DNA of 58,311 nt from a virus. Its lineage: Duplodnaviria > Caudoviricetes. The notes beneath the pieces are model-generated. The model was given only the letters and a program-made list of their open reading frames with translations. It had not been told where the DNA came from and ran no database searches. The DNA lies in IMG/VR virus record IMGVR_UViG_3300021962_000124, positions 1-58,311 of that record; one strand, 5' to 3'. This document shows, piece by piece, positions 9,619 to 20,300 of this stretch. Within the stretch, counting starts at the first letter, position 1, and each line of letters begins with the position of its first letter. A program made the translations under genes and the position numbers.

Positions 9619-11264
9619 TACATATAATCCCACATATATGAACGATCACCATATTCATCAACAAACCAACGATCTCCATCATTATCAACAAAACTATCAT
9701 CTCCCAAACCATCGGATATAAAACCAAAAGGAGACATATCTTGTTCTATTTGATTTTTTTGCTCCTCATATAATCTTTTTCTTACATCCTGGTCTGTAAG
9801 TTCTTTAAAATAATCCTGAGCAACTAACCAGGCATAAATCACAAGGCACATTGCAAGGTCATCATTACATCCTTCTTCTGCTTCAAAGGAATTGTGCTTT
9901 TGGATAAATGTTGTCAATTCGGAAATGATTTCATAGTCATTTAAAAACAATTTATTTTCTTCAATCATTGTCTTTAAATTTAAGCACCCAACTTTTTTTA
10001 CAGTTTTTGACATCTTAACTCCAAGTTGAGTTTTCTTTCCAGAAAATCCCTGACCAACAATTTGACCGGCACGCCCCCTCATTGAACACATAAGAAGATT
10101 GTTGTATTCCAAATCGTACTGAAGAATGCTTGCAACTTGATCACCAACATCATTTACTTCACACAAAATGTAAGCATCATTATATGCCGTTGCTGCTTCG
10201 TGTATAATGCTTGGAAATAGCATAGGTTTGATTTCATTGTTTCTATACTTTGCAACAAGTTTATGGGGAAATTGTGTGATATCAATAATAGTAAATGCTG
10301 AGTAATCATTTCCAACCCCTCTAGCAACATCCACAGTGACCAGATAATCATGATTCTCCTCTGGATCGACATAGACATCTAATCCCGCGCTACGGGTCTT
10401 GGGGGCGTCATAGACGAGGGTTCTGAGCTTGGATGGTGCAATAAGAGTATCGACGGAACCTAAGAATTCGCATTCAAATTCTACTTTGAATTGCTGTTCT
10501 GAAGTATTTGCAATTGTTTGTTTTTTCCACTCCTCATCTCTTCCTGGAACTTCGGACCAATGAACATCAGTGAAAACATATTCATTCTTACCTTTTTCAG
10601 CATCATGCCACATTCGGTAGAAATGATTCATACCATGTGGAGTGGAAACGATTATAACTTTAGTTTGCTTACCTGAAGTAATTGTTGGATAAACAGAAGC
10701 AAAGAATGAATCTGCAATATGATTAGGAACGAACGCAAATTCGTCTAAGAACAGAATGTTGAATGACATACCTCGGACAGCAGATGCAGATGTAGATGCC
10801 GCTAGAATTTTGGATCCATTTTCCAGTTCTAAAGATCCTTTATTCCAAGATATAATTCCTTGTTGCATCCACTTTGGAAGATTTTCATAAGCAGTTTGGA
10901 GACGATCCAAAAGTTCTCTAGCTGTTGCTGCTTTGTTTGCAAGAATACCAATATTTACATTGTCATTGAATACCGCATAGTGTAAAAGAAAAGATACAAC
11001 AGTTGTGGATTTGCCAGTCTGACGTGGCATCTTGCAAATGTTAAATCTATGATTATGAAAATTATTAATTAATTTTTCTTGAAAATGATATGGTTTAAAT
11101 GTCTGCAGACCATGATCTAGAGTTACAATTTTTACGTAATTGTTTGCAAAATAAACCGGATCATCTTTGCACTTTACAAATTCGAGAATTTGTTCTTGTG
11201 TAAATTCAATAGGAGTATTTGCTTTTTTTAAAAGCGGATTACCAAGATAAACATCATTTGACAT
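9618..11264 (-). CDS. gp17: Terminase large subunit
   Basis: YLGNPLLKK, Walker A PRQTGKST, Walker B FLDEFAF, STPHG, nuclease VDVARG and NDDLAM. Confidence 0.99.
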   Translation of the reverse strand: MSNDVYLGNPLLKKANTPIEFTQEQILEFVKCKDDPVYFANNYVKIVTLDHGLQTFKPYHFQEKLINNFHNHRFNICKMPRQTGKSTTVVSFLLHYAVFNDNVNIGILANKAATARELLDRLQTAYENLPKWMQQGIISWNKGSLELENGSKILAASTSASAVRGMSFNILFLDEFAFVPNHIADSFFASVYPTITSGKQTKVIIVSTPHGMNHFYRMWHDAEKGKNEYVFTDVHWSEVPGRDEEWKKQTIANTSEQQFKVEFECEFLGSVDTLIAPSKLRTLVYDAPKTRSAGLDVYVDPEENHDYLVTVDVARGVGNDYSAFTIIDITQFPHKLVAKYRNNEIKPMLFPSIIHEAATAYNDAYILCEVNDVGDQVASILQYDLEYNNLLMCSMRGRAGQIVGQGFSGKKTQLGVKMSKTVKKVGCLNLKTMIEENKLFLNDYEIISELTTFIQKHNSFEAEEGCNDDLAMCLVIYAWLVAQDYFKELTDQDVRKRLYEEQKNQIEQDMSPFGFISDGLGDDSFVDNDGDRWFVDEYGDRSYMWDYM

Positions 11265-11279
11265 AATAAAACCTACTTA

Positions 11280-13016
11280 TTAGTTACAATTCCAACGACG
11301 GAGTGCTTTGTTAATGTTGCTATCTGGATCTCTTGCGGTTTTTTCCGAAGTAAGTTTTGACTTCATGCCTTTCATACGTCTGCAAAATGATGCACGACGC
11401 TTTGCTCTTTTGCCTTTTGGATTTTTTTCAGTAACTGCAGTTTGAAGTTTTGAACCTGGATTTTCTCTACGATAAGCAGCAACGGCATCTTTACTCAATC
11501 CAGCAGTTTTGTCTTGACGATTAACTTTCTGCCAATCTTCGCTAATTTCCACTTCTTCTCCCATAGTCTTCACATAATTTTTATTTGGTCCTGGTTTTGC
11601 CCCACTGCCACCCTGAGGACCAAATGCTTGAATGATTGGTTCTCCCGAAGTAAATTCGGATACAGTATGATGAACTACTTTTGATCCCGGATAAACTTTT
11701 TGAAGTTCGTCGTTAATTTCTTGACGGGATGGAGTTTTAATTTGAGGAAAAAACATTCTTAGAGAATAATATTTTCCTCTCCAAGTTAAAGTAACTGCTA
11801 CAACATTTCCAGTCTGTGCCTGAAGTCTTGTTGCTTCATCCATCTGAGACTTAAATCCTTTGATTGGTTCTGGTTTAATTAAATCAACTACTTCTGCAAA
11901 AGTATTTCCATCAGCATCTTCAATAGTTACATCTTCCGCTTTTACACAGCGATTATACTTTTTACCAAAAAGTGTCTGAGTTCCTTTCTTTTTATATCCA
12001 GGCCAGCACTTCATTTCATCCATAATTTTATCAACTAGTTTTTGTTCTTCCATTTCTCCACTATTAACATAATCTGCTGCAGTATCAATATAATCTGCTG
12101 CTTTGGTAATCTTAGATTGTACCCATGCTTCAAGATCACCTTCTCCTTTACCAACTTTTGCTTGAAGTCGTTTAACGGCACTAACAATAGTTTTTAATTC
12201 CGATCTTGCCATCGAATATTCTTCATCTTTTACCGAAACCTTATCCCAGGCTTTTTCTCCATAAGAACATTCTGATCTTGTTTCTCTTTTATCACATAAA
12301 GGACAATATCTTTGCTCTTCAACTTCTTCTGATTTAGTTCCCCAATTAGCAGCACCAACTTTACGGCATTTGACTAATGCGCCAGAAGCATATGCACTTG
12401 GCCAAACGGAATACCTTGACTTTACTTTGTGATAACAAGCATCTTTTTTTCCACTACCTTTGCCTGGTTTATCCTTTGCTTCCTGTACTTCCATTTCTTC
12501 TTTCATTTTCTTTTTAGGTGAATCTGTAGAAACATATGTTGGTTTTGCGGCTCCTGTTTTCTGTTGCTGTCCAGGATCTGCTGCTTTTTTTCTTCTTGCT
12601 GCAGAAAGTCTTTCTGCAGGTGTCATGCTTGCTCTTTTTGCCGAAGATACGCATTTTGGCGTTCCCTCTCCGGGTTTATCACTTGCACATGTTCCACCAG
12701 TAACCACATTTACCCAACCAGACTTGCCATCTTTTGATTTGGATTTACCAAACCAATCACGAAGACCTTCTTCTTTAATATCTTTAAATTTTTTATGATG
12801 CTTTTTGGCATCTGCTTCCATCTTTTTCAAACGAGTATAATAGTCTGGAATTTCGTCAAGATGTTGAAGAGCAATATCTCTGGCAAGATCATGATCTTTT
12901 GTATGTTCATGCTCAATAGGTTCTCCCATATCAAGTTGCTTTTGTATAAAAGAAACATCCATTCGATGCTTCTTTGCAATTTGTTCAACTGTTTTATGTG
13001 TCTTGATTTTGGGCAT
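11280..13016 (-). CDS. Multi-module basic hypothetical protein between gp16 and gp17
   Basis: 578 aa; string of short Cys/Trp/Lys-rich modules separated by acidic linkers. Confidence 0.8.
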   Translation of the reverse strand: MPKIKTHKTVEQIAKKHRMDVSFIQKQLDMGEPIEHEHTKDHDLARDIALQHLDEIPDYYTRLKKMEADAKKHHKKFKDIKEEGLRDWFGKSKSKDGKSGWVNVVTGGTCASDKPGEGTPKCVSSAKRASMTPAERLSAARRKKAADPGQQQKTGAAKPTYVSTDSPKKKMKEEMEVQEAKDKPGKGSGKKDACYHKVKSRYSVWPSAYASGALVKCRKVGAANWGTKSEEVEEQRYCPLCDKRETRSECSYGEKAWDKVSVKDEEYSMARSELKTIVSAVKRLQAKVGKGEGDLEAWVQSKITKAADYIDTAADYVNSGEMEEQKLVDKIMDEMKCWPGYKKKGTQTLFGKKYNRCVKAEDVTIEDADGNTFAEVVDLIKPEPIKGFKSQMDEATRLQAQTGNVVAVTLTWRGKYYSLRMFFPQIKTPSRQEINDELQKVYPGSKVVHHTVSEFTSGEPIIQAFGPQGGSGAKPGPNKNYVKTMGEEVEISEDWQKVNRQDKTAGLSKDAVAAYRRENPGSKLQTAVTEKNPKGKRAKRRASFCRRMKGMKSKLTSEKTARDPDSNINKALRRWNCN

Positions 13017-13171
13017 TACTCAACTGGTTTTGATTTAGTCTCTTCACCTTTTGCTCTTTTTTTTCTCCCTGCACAGTGAGCACGTTGAGAAAATCCTTTT
13101 GGATTTGAGCAATCAATACTCTTTTTATATTTATTACTCCAGTCTTCTTGAAACTGTTTAAACGTTTTCAT
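13016..13171 (-). CDS. Small basic protein, candidate internal head protein
   Basis: Hand-translated 51 aa MKTFKQFQEDWSNKYKKSIDCSNPKGFSQRAHCAGRKKRAKGEETKSKPVE; TAATG overlap with next gene. Confidence 0.75.
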   Translation of the reverse strand: MKTFKQFQEDWSNKYKKSIDCSNPKGFSQRAHCAGRKKRAKGEETKSKPVE

Positions 13172-13589
13172 TTTCCGTCTGTTGTTTTAGAAGTTTTGCT
13201 AGTTCCGCTGTAGATCCAACAAAAAGTGCATTATTAACAGTTGTGGGTCCTTTTTGTTTTTCTTCTTCAATGTCTTTGAGTTTCTTTTGTAAATCCATTA
13301 ATTTATCAGTTGCATCAGCAACATTTTTAATCAATTGACCTGCAACTTCATAAGCACGAGGCATCTCACTTTCTTGAGCAAGTTCGAGAATTCCATTAAT
13401 TGCTTCTTGACCTTTTTCTATAAGAGAATATAAATTTCCTCTAGTGTAATCATAATCTTTTTTAATATCATCAACTACTGTCGATATCTTTTCTATCTTT
13501 TCAATGACTGCTTCTGATTCGACAGGAACTATTTCCCCATCTACATTAAAGGTTTCATTGAGTTTATCAAACTTTTTTGTCATTTTCAT
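13158..13589 (-). CDS. gp16: Terminase small subunit
   Basis: DYDYTRGNL, PRAYEV, NNALFVGSTAEL motifs; follows gp15. Confidence 0.93.
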   Translation of the reverse strand: MKMTKKFDKLNETFNVDGEIVPVESEAVIEKIEKISTVVDDIKKDYDYTRGNLYSLIEKGQEAINGILELAQESEMPRAYEVAGQLIKNVADATDKLMDLQKKLKDIEEEKQKGPTTVNNALFVGSTAELAKLLKQQTENENV

Positions 13590-13591
13590 AA

Positions 13592-14593
13592 TTAACTAAA
13601 AGATCCATTGAATCCAAAATCATCACCTTCTTCAATAAGTGCATCATCTGCTGCAGTTATTGACTTAATAGGAGAACCTGCTAAGTGAGAAGTAATATTT
13701 GTGTTGTCTTTACCTCTCTCAACTGTGAGAGTATTTCCCAATTTAGAAGTTACATAAATTTCTTCACCTTCTAAATCAAAATAAGTATTAACTGAGATTA
13801 CACTTGCATCATTTACCACAATTGTAGTATCTGTTGTAGTTATATCATTAGTCAAATTAGTAACGATAGTTCCTGTATAATTTTGAATTGCTCTTGGTTC
13901 GACTGAATATACAATTTCTCTTGTTGGTGAAGAAGTAAGATCTCCTGCAACATATCCAACAGTTGCTTTTTTGATAATATCTCTTGTTGCAGAGGAAACT
14001 GGACCAAATAGGTAGGTTTTTGCTGTAAATCTTAATGTATAAATTAAAACTCTTCTAGTAGTAAAATCTCCCTCATAATCATCCTGCATCGTAATATTTT
14101 CAAGAATTACAGGAATATCTCTCTTTTCATTAATTGTATCAACTAAATCAACTGTCATAGTATATGCAGGTTGAAAATAAGGTATAATTTGTTCTACAAT
14201 CTGAAGAGCATCATCATTTAACTTGCACATGATGCTTAATTCAAATTGCATATTATATGGAACGGGAAGATATGCCTTTTTAGTTTCTGTTCCATCAGTT
14301 ACAGACTTTGCAGTGAAATATTGTGTTGTCGTTGATTTTCTTGATGAATCGTAGGTTAAACCTGTAAATTCAAATGACATTCTTGGTAATGTAATTTGAA
14401 CTGGTTTATTTAAATTTGGCGATTGATTCAGTCTTGCAAGAAATTTTTGCGTAGGTCCATATGCAAGAGGAACTTTAATGACGCTAACAACATCATTTGA
14501 ATTATTTTTATGCTTAATACTTATTTCATTAAACAAAGAACCAAAAGCAATTACAGTTCTTCTTAAAATTTCGTGATAAAAATACTCAAACAT
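13592..14593 (-). CDS. gp15: Tail sheath stabiliser / completion protein
   Basis: YFYHEILRR..FG.LFN, KVPLAYGP..KFL, LPRMSFE, QIVEQIIPYFQP. Confidence 0.95.
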   Translation of the reverse strand: MFEYFYHEILRRTVIAFGSLFNEISIKHKNNSNDVVSVIKVPLAYGPTQKFLARLNQSPNLNKPVQITLPRMSFEFTGLTYDSSRKSTTTQYFTAKSVTDGTETKKAYLPVPYNMQFELSIMCKLNDDALQIVEQIIPYFQPAYTMTVDLVDTINEKRDIPVILENITMQDDYEGDFTTRRVLIYTLRFTAKTYLFGPVSSATRDIIKKATVGYVAGDLTSSPTREIVYSVEPRAIQNYTGTIVTNLTNDITTTDTTIVVNDASVISVNTYFDLEGEEIYVTSKLGNTLTVERGKDNTNITSHLAGSPIKSITAADDALIEEGDDFGFNGSFS

Positions 14594-14637
14594 ACTGCTA
14601 ACTTATGGTACTACTATTTAATCAAACTAATAACTAA

Positions 14638-14645
14638 TATTTATA
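14638..14645 (-). promoter_or_regulatory. Late promoter TATAAATA
   Basis: Exact consensus between gp14 and gp15. Confidence 0.65.
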
Positions 14646-14649
14646 TAAT

Positions 14650-16068
14650 CTAAGGCATTCCAAATGGATTTGTTTCATCAAAATCAATGATATCGTTTGC
14701 CTCTTCCTCGATTTCATCATTTGCAGAATAACCATCGTCAGATTTTGCTACTAATATATTGACTGAACGGAGATAATGTGATGCACTTGAGGCGGATCCT
14801 ACAATATTTTCTCCAAGTTTAAAATCTCCAGTTAAGTTTGAAACTTGAAGAACTTGAGTAGTAGAATTCCAAGATTTAACTCTTGCAGTAACTCCACTTT
14901 GAGATCCTGTTACTAGTTCATTGAATACAAAGTTTCCAGTTGAATTGAGTGCTGGATTTCCAATCGTAATTGTAGGAGCGACAGTATATCCAAGTCCGGC
15001 ATTTGTAATGTAGATTGAAGTAATTGATCCAGCGGCAGAAACGACAGCCGTTGCTGCAGCAGACACCGTAGAAATTCCACTAAAGGTTATTGTTGGTGGA
15101 TTTACGTATCCAGAACCTGCATTTGTAACTGTAATTATACCAACAACACCGTTACCTATTGAGGCAATTCCCGTTGCTCCTTTTCCTCCTCCACCAATAA
15201 ATCTTACCTGAGGTGCAACTGTGTATCCATATCCAGCATTTGTAATTAATACTTCTTGGACAGACTTTGCTTGTGGATTTATGTTGTTGTTGCAAACAAC
15301 AATACCACCAATCATCTTAGCAATTGCAGATGCTGTTCCCCCGCCATCTGGAGCAGATGAAATGCCGACAGTTGGTGTGCTTGTATATCCACCTCCACGA
15401 TTTGTAACTGTGATGTGCGTCACTCCACCATTTACTATAGATGCCGTTGCCGTTGCAGTGACTCCAACACCAACCATAGTAAGATTTACAATGTTACCGA
15501 CCGGAACTTTATCAGAATCAGTAGAATCATTTCCATCAATAAGTTTATCAATTTCATCGATACTTGTATCTATGAGCTCATCCTCATATCTGAAGAGTTC
15601 GCATCTCAGTTGATAAGTGTATAATCCTTGGAGTTGATAAAATGGTTTTTCATGCTCTACATACTTGACTTCAAATAATCTTTTTCCCAAAGGAAAATAA
15701 ATCAAATCACCTTCTTTTGGTCTTGATGATACTTTTATATTTGGTTGGTTTTGAACCAAAGGTGAAATATAATTTTTAAATCTTTCTCTTGAAATTGTCA
15801 GTGTTATTTCATTAAGTGCTTGAATTCCAAACTTTGACAATATGGTAGGATTATCGCTATATCCATCATAAGTATCTACGTATGCCTCAATCGGATATGC
15901 ATTATTAAATTCAGACTCAATAACTTCCCTTATAACCGTTTTTTCTGTAATAAATTGTCTTGGTAGATAATGAACTTCAACACCATACATTCTCAATTGT
16001 TCATTAATCAGGTCCTGAATTAGTCCCTGTTCTGTCTTAGAACCCTGAAGAAAGAATGGATTAAGCAT
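14650..16068 (-). CDS. gp14: Neck protein with inserted Gly/Thr repeat region
   Basis: EQ.LIQDLINE...YLPR, SKFG, RPKEGDLIYFP, LFEVKYVE..PFYQL, DFDETNPFG. Confidence 0.93.
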   Translation of the reverse strand: MLNPFFLQGSKTEQGLIQDLINEQLRMYGVEVHYLPRQFITEKTVIREVIESEFNNAYPIEAYVDTYDGYSDNPTILSKFGIQALNEITLTISRERFKNYISPLVQNQPNIKVSSRPKEGDLIYFPLGKRLFEVKYVEHEKPFYQLQGLYTYQLRCELFRYEDELIDTSIDEIDKLIDGNDSTDSDKVPVGNIVNLTMVGVGVTATATASIVNGGVTHITVTNRGGGYTSTPTVGISSAPDGGGTASAIAKMIGGIVVCNNNINPQAKSVQEVLITNAGYGYTVAPQVRFIGGGGKGATGIASIGNGVVGIITVTNAGSGYVNPPTITFSGISTVSAAATAVVSAAGSITSIYITNAGLGYTVAPTITIGNPALNSTGNFVFNELVTGSQSGVTARVKSWNSTTQVLQVSNLTGDFKLGENIVGSASSASHYLRSVNILVAKSDDGYSANDEIEEEANDIIDFDETNPFGMP

Positions 16069-16072
16069 GTTA

Positions 16073-16927
16073 TTAACCTATCATGTCCAGAGGTGGAAGC
16101 TCATAAGTACTGGACATTTTTTCCATCAGAATATCAAGTTCTCGTTGAGCATCATCATACATTTGTCTTCCATTTAATTCGACACCACCTGGAAGTTTAA
16201 CTCCAGTAAATTTCATCATATTTTGTCCCCATTGACGTTTAATCAGTGCAGTTAGATATGGTTTTAAGAAAGAATCATTCCAAACTCGTGAATAATCATT
16301 TGGATCAAGAGTTGAATAGCAATCAATGATAAAGAATTGATCTGCTCTTACTGAACTCCAATCAATGTCTAAGTATAATCTATCTTGTCTTTTATTAAAT
16401 CTTATTTGCTTTTGTGTGTTTAAGAGAAAATCGAGATCTTCTAAGTATGTTTTAACCATTGCATAACTTAGAAGTTCAGTTGTACCCCAGTAGTAAATAT
16501 CATTTAAGAATAATTGATACTTTACACTGAACATATTATGTGTAATAGTATTTGCACCATCAAAAATAAAAATTTTATTCACTCCAATAATACTTGGAGG
16601 CATTTGTAAGTAATTACTATTTTCGTAGAAATTAAAAGTAGTTGGGGTTCCTACTATATTTGCAGTCGCTGATGTGCTTGCAATACCGACTGAACTTGCC
16701 GCATTACTTGCAGTTCCTGCTCTTCCTCTATCAATATCTGCTTGAGTTACTTTATATTTAAAGAAGGTTGGATAAACACCATCAAAATGCCTCTCTTGGA
16801 AAAACTGAACAGCATCATCTACCAGATCTTCAATTTGTTCATCTGCAACGTTAATTTCCAAAACTGGAGCACCCAGTTTTCTCTTGCAGTAATCAATAAG
16901 TTCTTGTCGAGTAGATGGTTGTGCCAT
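16073..16927 (-). CDS. gp13: Neck protein
   Basis: ELIDYCKRKLGAPVLEINV, KRQWGQN..KF.GV.LPGGVELNG. Confidence 0.96.
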   Translation of the reverse strand: MAQPSTRQELIDYCKRKLGAPVLEINVADEQIEDLVDDAVQFFQERHFDGVYPTFFKYKVTQADIDRGRAGTASNAASSVGIASTSATANIVGTPTTFNFYENSNYLQMPPSIIGVNKIFIFDGANTITHNMFSVKYQLFLNDIYYWGTTELLSYAMVKTYLEDLDFLLNTQKQIRFNKRQDRLYLDIDWSSVRADQFFIIDCYSTLDPNDYSRVWNDSFLKPYLTALIKRQWGQNMMKFTGVKLPGGVELNGRQMYDDAQRELDILMEKMSSTYELPPLDMIG

Positions 16928-17097
16928 TAGATTTTAAATTCCGCAACTACTTCTTGTTGTTTAAAATATAATTTAATATAAGATTTTGCAAGATTTCTCA
17001 AAGTTTCGAGATCATCTATACTATCTATATCTCTAGAAAGTTTTTCATATTCAAATAATTTACTCATATTGTCTAAGGATATTTTATCAGGATCCAT
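16927..17097 (-). CDS. Small helical hypothetical protein
   Basis: Hand-translated 56 aa MDPDKISLDNMSKLFEYEKLSRDIDSIDDLETLRNLAKSYIKLYFKQQEVVAEFKI; TAATG overlap with gp13. Confidence 0.75.
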   Translation of the reverse strand: MDPDKISLDNMSKLFEYEKLSRDIDSIDDLETLRNLAKSYIKLYFKQQEVVAEFKI

Positions 17098-17311
17098 TTG
17101 CCAAATTCCTCAATAAATTTTTAATTTCGTTTAAATCACTTTTCATTTCGCTTACGTCATTTTCAAGACTCTTGATTCTCTTGGATTCATTATAAACTCT
17201 TGTATAATTTTCAACGTATTGATTGTAACCATCCATGTCAAAATTTACAATTCCATTTGAATTTAATTCTCTTGCAAGATGATTCTTATCTTTAACTCTT
17301 ATATAATCCAT
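17087..17311 (-). CDS. Small coiled-coil hypothetical protein
   Basis: 74 aa with C-terminal heptads (IKSLENDVSEMKSDLNEIKNLL); tightly packed between neighbours. Confidence 0.75.
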   Translation of the reverse strand: MDYIRVKDKNHLARELNSNGIVNFDMDGYNQYVENYTRVYNESKRIKSLENDVSEMKSDLNEIKNLLRNLANGS

Positions 17312-17317
17312 GATTTA

Positions 17318-20300
17318 TTATGTTGGAATTCTAGGTCTAGTGGTGGCAATTGCCCTCAATTGACGAATCAATGGAGGTGTTGCCTGATTAGTACCTGCCA
17401 TTACAATTTTAATTGCAAAAGCATTGAAAGATGGCAGGTCATCCACAGAATACTCATAATCACGGAAACTGGAATCTGAAGTCTGTCTCACATATGCATC
17501 AGCAGATCCATCATTTAAAGATGGGTCAATAACCCTCTTAATATCTTGTCCATCTACTTGATAATTGGAAGATCCTGGGAATAATTCATAATTTTGTTGT
17601 GCTTTTGGTGCATCATCTCTGAAAATTTGATATAGAACACGAACGTCATTGGTATCATTACGACTTGCTGAAAGAAGAACTTTAATAGAGTTTGCTGGAA
17701 TTTTAAGTCTTATTGGTTTTGAAACATAGATGACTGAATGCTTATCATCATACAAACTTCTAACAGTGTCGTCATTTGCATAGTTTGAATCATCATTTAC
17801 TCCATATGGACTATTGATCAGATTGGATGTCAAAATTGCATTGACTTTAATAGTATCAATTACTGGTGAAACTCTAGAATCAGATGTTCTCATTAAGAAT
17901 TCCATAGTAAATGATCTACTTCCAGGAGACTCTGTAATAAATTTGCTTTCATTGATGTCCGAACAAATCAATTTTGGATTTTCAAAATAAGTAGTTTCTT
18001 GTAAGGGAATAGATCTAAATCCATCATCGATGAAAGATTTTTCATTTCCACTTACGCTAGTTCCTGTAAATGTTCTAATTCTGCAAGACATGTTTGTTTT
18101 TCCAGGAATAATATACGAAACATTGGGAGTAATAGATTCAAATTGAATATTGTTTGTTAGAACTGTTCCTGTCGATCCAGATTGTTTAGTTTCCTTGAAA
18201 TAAAGATCAGGTCTATCAGACCCAATTCCAACACCATCAAAGTCGGTGTCAGAAGTGTCGATTTTAATGAAATATGAATTTAGATTGATTGGATGAGTTG
18301 TATTATCAACTTCAGTAAAATTATGAACTTTATTAATTCTTCTTAATGAAATTCCATTAAATTCATACTTATAAACTGGAACTCCTGATTCATAAGAAAT
18401 TGCCTGAGAACCATCTATTCCTCTTGTTACTGAACCTAAAGATGTTGAAGTATATGATGTGTATCTAATTACTTCGTTACCTATAATTGCATATCCGGGA
18501 TTAAAAGCATCTACCGCATTACCTTCAAAAGTTTCAAATCCACTCGATGATACAATCGGTATAGTAGTTGCACCATCAGTGATAGTGCTCGTTGTTTTAG
18601 AGTTTGTTTCTGTCTGCAGTGGTCTGAAAGAACTAACTCTTAAATAATTTTCGGTAGAGTGCATTCCATGATTCATATGTAAAATTTTCATATGACGACC
18701 ATCATAATAAGAATCGGGTAAAACTGAGGTAATTGTAACTCCCGCTCCTACTATCGTGGTAGTTCCAGTTCCTGCAATATAACTAACTGTAGTAATTCCC
18801 GGTGAGAATGTACCTTGAACATTATCAAGAATAAAAGCATTACTAGAAGCAATACTAACTACAGTCAATCTTCCACCAAATCCAACGTTTTGACCCATTC
18901 CAGTTTCCGGAATAAGTAATGAATCTCCAACTTTGTATCCAAATCCACCATCTGTAATAGTAACGGTTGCAATTCCAACAGTAGTAACTCCTATAGTTGC
19001 CTTTGCATTCTTTCCACTTCCAGTTTCGGTTTCTAATGAAATATTTGTAAAAGTTCCTGCTGTGTATCCAAATCCTGTATTAGAAATAGTAACACCCAAT
19101 CCAACACCAGTTCTAATAGATCCTGCAATTCCTATTAACTTTCCAGTTGCAAATCCTTGAACTATTGTTACTCCAGAAACAACATTTGTTGAATCATATC
19201 CAGTAGATCCAAGACCAACAATAACACGTTTAGAAAGGGGAAGGACTTGATTAGAACCAGTTACAGTTAATTTTTTGTTACCGAGAGACAACTTGGGGTT
19301 AAAGAAGCGTACAAGACCCTCATTGACAAAATCAGCTCTATGAAGTCTGTATTTAAGATCTTCCTGTTGTGTTGGTGTCCAAGTTGAACCATTTTGTGAT
19401 TTAAAAAGACTTCCTAACGTTGGTTGTTCTGACAACATTATACCTTTCCCTTGCCCAGAAGTATCTCCGGGAAGCATTACTTTTTTGCCTTGTTCTGCAA
19501 TAAACGCTCTATATTGAGCACTACCGGAAAGAAGAACTACAGCAAACTGTGAAGTTTGTTGGCTTCCTATTGGTGCTTGACGAACTTCCAACTGTTGTGG
19601 TCCTGGTAAATAAACGGGAGATGGGAATCTAAATTTAGTTGGAACTGTCGCATCAGTTGATAAATTAATCTCATCAGGAGTCAGTGTTACTTCGGAGAAA
19701 GGAACTACAACATTACTTGGAACGCCAGCAATCATTGGTCTAATTTGAAGAGTCACCGGAATGTTACTATCATCCTTTGTTTCGAAGAATACATCAACTG
19801 AAGTTAAAAATACTCCAGTATTGTCACGAACATAGAAAGACTGTGCTAAAGGATCATGAGTTTCCCATACCCTAACTTGATTATTTCCACCTCCAGTTTG
19901 AGTTTGTGTGTTAGTTGTTGTGTTAGTTGTTGTATTAGTTATTGTAGTTGTATTAATATTGTAACTACTTAAAATCTTAATGTTTCTAGTAGTCAAAATA
20001 TTAGTTTCCGTTACATTTCTAATAGCAGAAGATGCAAACTCTGCTTCACCGGAACTTTCGTTGATTCTAGAATCTCCTACATTTGTTGGAGTTTGAATAG
20101 TCTCCGTATCAATTAAGGTAAAGGTATTCTCACCATTAATCCATTTTGGATTGCCAGATGTACTTGGATCTGGAACATAAAGGGATCCAATCAATCTTCC
20201 TGAATTGTCAGAGACTAAACGAATGTTTGAAATTCTAGCTTTTGCACCTGAAGTTTTTCCAACCAAAATCATGTTGGGAGATATCATTCCATAAAAATCT

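Noticed and set aside
9618-11264. Intein or intron in terminase, or in the portal gene
   Set aside because: Both ORFs are continuous, of ordinary length and without splicing motifs
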